Origin: an uncultured Spirochaetota bacterium
Lineage (GTDB): Bacteria > Spirochaetota > Spirochaetia > SZUA-6 > Fen-1364
Direction: 5' to 3'
Assembly: GCA_963781885.1 (NCBI GenBank)
Contig: CAWAHW010000004.1
Coordinates: 576,001-640,000 of the forward strand
DNA: 64,000 nucleotides
Shown here: piece by piece, positions 57,201-64,000 of the stretch
Position numbering within the stretch: position 1 is the first letter of the stretch
Layout: the number at the start of each line of letters is the position of its first letter
Program-made: the position numbers and the translations under genes
The notes under the pieces: generated by a model
The model's input: only the letters and a program-made list of their open reading frames with translations
What the model was told of the DNA's origin: nothing
Database searches by the model: none

Positions 57201-57399
57201 ATTCAACAAGATGGACGACGAGCGTATCGGCAACATGGTGGCTTTCTTCCGCAAGCTGGCAATGCAGGTGGTGACCGCCGTGCCGACGGAGAAAATCGAA
57301 TCAATCGCCCCCTTTGTGGACCGGACAAATCTCGTGATACGACGCAACTACCAGGCATTCGTCCGCGACTACGCCATTCTCAACCAGACCGCGCCATGA
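54199..57399 (+). CDS. jetC: Wadjet JetC (SMC/MukB-like ATPase)
   Basis: LVNWHYF, GDNGSGKST, FNAAA, long coiled coils, DYRQYF, KSGGETQ, LFDEAFNKMD. Confidence 0.9.
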   Translation: MMLILRRVRLVNWHYFTDSLIEMGPVTLLGGDNGSGKSTIIDAIQYALVAQVSRIRFNAAASDRRTTRTIESYCRCRIGADSRDYVRGDCISHVILEFGNGESRFCAGIMVEAFTEGDAREHEWLLEGGKIEDVAIFDGGQFRSPRVFRDSVKQLGGYLCATKREYNNRLTHLLGVHRRGVDFNPYLDAVVRSVSFTPFTSVHDFVCNYILEEHNVDVSAMKENLQNYRAAEREALEVERRILQLAAIGELTEAVAQARRQILRQDYLRLRLHVEDQLARLGATRGELQQTRLLISNATETLSAEQERKERLDSVRQELQFALASDEQHRAYERLRRDREELGRRMADEKERMERRALLVQQCGVLLGRKLGADLEAETSSLSAEQQDVIRKDVEGDVEIARLKTELGALHAEEKELSEGILRYPEPTTELKQAVERAGIPAAVFADLLEVTQEEWHNAVEGWLNTQRFNVLVPESDFQRALEIYNGLPAKTAGVGLPNLASVSEADVHPGSLAEVVEARTPAARRYAAFLMGDVIRTDILNLKRFDRSITTECMRYSSHTATRIRKEVFERWYIGKEARERRLQAVRDEIERGGLGVESLLKAKRSIQERIDVLSRVLRQIPTIVELASAEARFESARVQYEEVERQIASIDTSSFEALKIQIAGLADSIRACELEIGKLQGRIGSARERETSLGVRVEGEETERGRREAALAGFVGEYIDKEAELAAYFDERMKSERRQTGGSVDFADMIRRYESSNTGLATRLEKARTDLRLSKQRYNHDWNEVLVQEDDESREHRERLVRYRETELPEYRDRISRARVEAERQFREHFVSRLNEYLVDAEESFREINHILETIRFGKDQYHFSITRNPEKQKLLSAISSAAEISELDGTLFASLKSDDERESIERLFQNVLDHELDDPAVREICDYRQYFLYDIRIRHTDVLDDKTGKALESYLSRVLREKSGGETQTPYYVAIAASFFRFYKDSPDAIRLVLFDEAFNKMDDERIGNMVAFFRKLAMQVVTAVPTEKIESIAPFVDRTNLVIRRNYQAFVRDYAILNQTAP

Positions 57400-58610
57400 C
57401 GGAGCTCGCTCGCAGGATACTCACCGTCTTTGCGGAGTCCTACCCGACCAGCGCGTCCTACAAAGGCGGGCGGAAGCTGCGAAAGTCGGGATGGCACGAG
57501 CTGTTTCCCCGCATCAGGACGGACGTATCGGCAAAGAACGATTTCCTTGAAGCCGTGGAGGAGTTGGTGGACGCGGGGATTCTCACGGCGAAATGGAAGC
57601 GCTTCCGGGAAGGTGACGATCTGGAAGCCCTGTACCTTGAAGACCCGCAGTCTCTTTTCGCCGCATTGGGAATGCCATCACCCGAGTCCACAGCAGACGG
57701 CATGAGGCATGGTGCTTGACTCACCGAATGTGGAACGAGCCCGCGGCTGCGGGGAGTGGCGGAGTATCTGGCGCCTCGACTGGAAGCAGGGCATCCGGTT
57801 CCCGTGCGCGATGCCGCCGAGTTGGAAGACCTTGGCAGGCTCTTTCTGCTTTCGTCCGAAGAAACCGCATCAAGCCCCATCCGGGCTCTCAGCGTGAGGC
57901 TCTATGCGGACAGCAAACGCCTGGAGAGGCTCATTCCGATCGCGGATCGCCTCTGCCGCGCCATGGGAATTGAGCCGATCTCCGCGACGCTCGGGCTTGG
58001 ACGATCCTATCCCGAAGTCGGCTTCGCCCTATGGGGTCGCATCTCCCTGGTCGGACGCGCCAGCCCCTGGACGTGCGCGGGAGAGATCATCACGCTTCCC
58101 GCTGCAACCCTCTCCCGCATTGATACGCTGGAGATTCACCCGAGGAATACAACGCCGGGACCCGCGGTCATCCTTTCGGTGGAGAACAAAGAGACGTTTC
58201 ATGTGCTGGCGGAGCGACTGCCTTCTGCATTGCCGCCGGGAATCGCGGGCATGATCTACTCTGCAGGGCATCCGAATGACGCGGTCAAGATGCTCCTGCG
58301 CCTCTGCGTGAAGGCCGGCGCCCGCATCTTCCACTACGGCGACCTGGATCCGGACGGGATCCTGATCGCGCAGGAGATTGCCTCAATTCTTGCCGTGCCC
58401 GTGGTGCCCTGGAACATGAGCGTCGAGCTTCATCGACAGTACGCCGCGTACGGCTATGCACTCGACAGCACGCAGACAGCGCGGCTTTCGCTCCTGGCCG
58501 ATACCGCACCTCAGGAGCTTCGCGAGCTTGCGAGCGAGATCGTCCGGACCGGCATCGGGGTGGAACAGGAGATCATCGATCTGGGGGCTGGCGTAGAGGG
58601 AATCGAGTGA
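57396..58610 (+). CDS. jetD: Wadjet JetD (TOPRIM nuclease), with apparent indels at about 57705-57745
   Basis: N-terminal ORF 57396..57719 plus C-terminal ORF 57756..58610 with R.LS..LY.DSK.LE, VENKETF, HYGDLDPDG, VEQE. Confidence 0.85.
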
Positions 58611-58720
58611 TCGGTTCAATGGCGGCTTCGATGAACGGCCGGGCATCGCCGGGATCAGTGCGCTCTCCTGAGGCCCCGCGCGCCACCCTGCTGGGGGTCG
58701 CGCAACGGGGCAAAAGCTTG

Positions 58721-58755
58721 TTGACGGACCATTAATCACATGGTAGCTTCCATGT
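58721..58755 (+). promoter_or_regulatory. TA promoter and operator, probably a leaderless transcript
   Basis: TTGACG (58721)-17 bp-(TGn)TAGCTT (58744-58749); palindrome ACATGG-N6-CCATGT (58738-58755); ATG 6 nt after the -10, no SD. Confidence 0.6.
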
Positions 58756-58998
58756 ATGAAGACCATAACCATAAATGTAAGTGAGCCGGTTTATCGCGAC
58801 TTCCGCGAGTATGCCCGACAGCATGACCGCGCGGCCTCTGAGATCATCCGGGAAGCAATGGAGGATTTCAGATCCCGCAAGATTCGTCAGCCAACCAGCT
58901 TGAAGGACATCCGCCCGGTCTCGGTAGGAAAGGTGCTGCAGCCATTCAAGGGATCCGAGGACTTGCTGGAGGAACTTTCTCGTGGTCAAAGCGATTGA
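58756..58998 (+). CDS. RHH/CopG-type antitoxin (VapB-like)
   Basis: MKTITINVSEPVY..F...A.....ASEIIREAM RHH pattern; overlaps the PIN gene. Confidence 0.75.
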   Translation: MKTITINVSEPVYRDFREYARQHDRAASEIIREAMEDFRSRKIRQPTSLKDIRPVSVGKVLQPFKGSEDLLEELSRGQSD

Positions 58999-59431
58999 CA
59001 CCACATTCCTGATTCAGCTCGAGGTCCGCGAAAGCGAAGGGCATGAAAAGGCGCATCTATTCCTGCAGCAACGCCTGCTCGGCGACGGGCATCAACTGGG
59101 TCTTGTGCCTCAGGTGCTCGAGGAGTTCATCCACGTGTGCACGGATCCACGCAGGTTCGAGCGGCCGCTTTCCATGACGGAAGCCCTCGACAAGGCGGAC
59201 TTTTGGTGGCGGGCATCCGAGGTTCAGCAGGTGCTTCCCTCAGCGGAGGCTGTCGCCCTCTTCCTTGAGTGGATGAAAGGGCTTCGGCTGGGCCGACGAC
59301 GTATTCACGACACCCTTCTTGCGGCCACCTGCGTCACCACCGGCATCAAGGAGATCGTGACCAGCGACAAAGATGGATTTCAGGTCTTCGCGGACCTGAC
59401 GCTTTCCGACCCTTTGGACTGGCGGGACTGA
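58982..59431 (+). CDS. vapC: PIN-domain toxin (VapC-like)
   Basis: IDTTFL, QVLEEF...T, IHDTLLAAT, IVTSD..F. Confidence 0.85.
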   Translation: MVKAIDTTFLIQLEVRESEGHEKAHLFLQQRLLGDGHQLGLVPQVLEEFIHVCTDPRRFERPLSMTEALDKADFWWRASEVQQVLPSAEAVALFLEWMKGLRLGRRRIHDTLLAATCVTTGIKEIVTSDKDGFQVFADLTLSDPLDWRD

Positions 59432-59463
59432 AAGCAGATTTTCGGATTTTGGGCATAAAAAAA

Positions 59464-59578
<115 letters not shown>

Positions 59579-59753
59579 AATATAGACACGAGGGAAATTG
59601 TCGCGCCCAGCAGGGGCCGCGGCTCAGGGGAAGAAGTGAAAGAATCAGAGCGCATTAGCGGTGCGTCGCTCCCGCCCGAGCACGGTATTCCGTGCGGGGG
59701 CTGCCGCGCCTCGCCGTTCCACGCTACCGTTGGGCGGTAGTGTGGGGGAAAAT

Positions 59754-62758
<3,005 letters not shown>

Positions 62759-62950
62759 ATTTTCCCTTTCAACCGCGGGTGCCACGCTCAGGACTGTCAC
62801 GGGGTAATCCGTGACATTCATGCCCCACGGTCGCTCGCGCTCCGTCCTTCCGGTGCCAATGGACTGGCAGTTGCGCTTCTCTTCACTTCCACCACTTGCA
62901 ACGCGCCTTCGTATTCCCGCGCGCTTCAAGCGGCTTTTCCCCTTCCCTCG

Positions 62951-62964
62951 AGTTGTCAAAGACC
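62951..62964 (-). promoter_or_regulatory. rRNA antitermination boxA-like sequence
   Basis: Minus strand GGTCTTTGACAACT between tRNA-Ala and 23S. Confidence 0.7.
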
Positions 62965-63148
62965 ATCACCGCCACGGTATTCCGTGACATTTGCGACCAC
63001 GGTGGCCACCGCATTCGGTGACACGTCACGGTGCCCCACGGCACGTGCTGCCGCGACGCTCCATGCCATTACTGCCACCATGTCGGCGGCAAGAACAATC
63101 GTAGTATTCTACGAAACACCGCCGCGACTGTTCGCGGCTTTCGTCTAC

Positions 63149-63221
63149 TGGAGGTATGGGGACTTGAACCCCAGACCTATGGCTTGCAAAGCCACCGCTC
63201 TAGCCACTGAGCTATACCCCC
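63149..63221 (-). tRNA. tRNA-Ala(TGC), CCA not encoded
   Basis: GGGGGTATAGCTCAGTGGCTAGAGCGGTGGCTTTGCAAGCCATAGGTCTGGGGTTCAAGTCCCCATACCTCCA; G3:U70 pair. Confidence 0.97.
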
Positions 63222-63321
63222 GTGGCCACGATCCTCGCACGGTACCCCGTGCGGTTTCGTGGCATTCAGGTTCTACAGCGGCCTCCCGCACGGAACCGAA
63301 CGGTCACCGCTGACCGCGCTT

Positions 63322-63465
63322 ACCGGCCACTCCTGGTGGCATTCCACCGGCCACTCCTGGTGGCATTCCACCGGCCACTCCTGGTGGCATTCCACCGGCC
63401 ACTCCTGGTGGCATTCCACCGGCCACTCCTGGTGGCATTCCACCGGCCACTCCTGGTGGCATTCC
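63322..63465. repeat. Perfect 6 x 24-bp tandem repeat in the 16S-tRNA spacer
   Basis: (ACCGGCCACTCCTGGTGGCATTCC)x6; each unit contains the hairpin GCCAC-N5-GTGGC. Confidence 0.95.
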
Positions 63466-63624
63466 ATGCGCGTGCGTAGACGGAATATACAGAAAGGGAG
63501 AGGAGTTGGAGAGAGAGCGAGCTATCTGCACCTCACTCTCGCCGTCCTTCGCGCCCCCTTCGGGGTCGCTGGGCCGGCTGCCGCTCGGTGCAGTTTGTCG
63601 TGCGCCGAAGCGCACGACAGTTCT

Positions 63625-64000
<376 letters not shown>

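Noticed and set aside
63322-63465. CRISPR array or repeat-protein ORFs ([24 protein letters not shown] repeats)
   Set aside because: The units are contiguous with no spacers, there are no cas genes, and the repeat lies inside the rRNA ITS. The ORFs are by-products of a stop-free 24-bp repeat.

Overview
High-GC bacterial chromosomal segment, most likely a Spirochaetota member. This is inferred from a 16S-tRNA-Ala-23S-5S operon and spirochaete-style signal peptides such as LFAAGQTS and SSTC...NNPYDP. Layout: (1) 1-41 kb holds accessory and metabolic genes: an ABC-2 exporter with a MalT-like regulator, a secreted caspase (C14)-PEGA protein with a 14-repeat Asp-box lipoprotein, an MFS/TetR pair, two LacI-controlled uptake loci (AfuABC/Fe-type ABC plus MBL hydrolase; creatininase plus Opp), a hybrid kinase, an InlB-B-repeat lipoprotein, BlaI/BlaR1(M56)-DJ-1, a diguanylate cyclase, and glf plus a GT28 glycolipid synthase. 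(2) 41.8-44.5 kb is an unannotated three-gene protease cassette: a caspase/CHAT-fold protease whose N-terminal ~100-aa domain is re-encoded as a stand-alone gene, followed by an M14 carboxypeptidase. This is the best candidate for an undescribed system. (3) 44.7-59.4 kb is a defence island: Fic, type I R-M hsdMSR, Wadjet jetABCD and VapBC. (4) 59.5-64 kb is a minus-strand rRNA operon whose ITS carries a perfect 6x24-bp palindromic tandem repeat. About eight apparent 1-bp frameshifts look like long-read consensus errors. All calls come from reading motifs by eye; no database searches were run.
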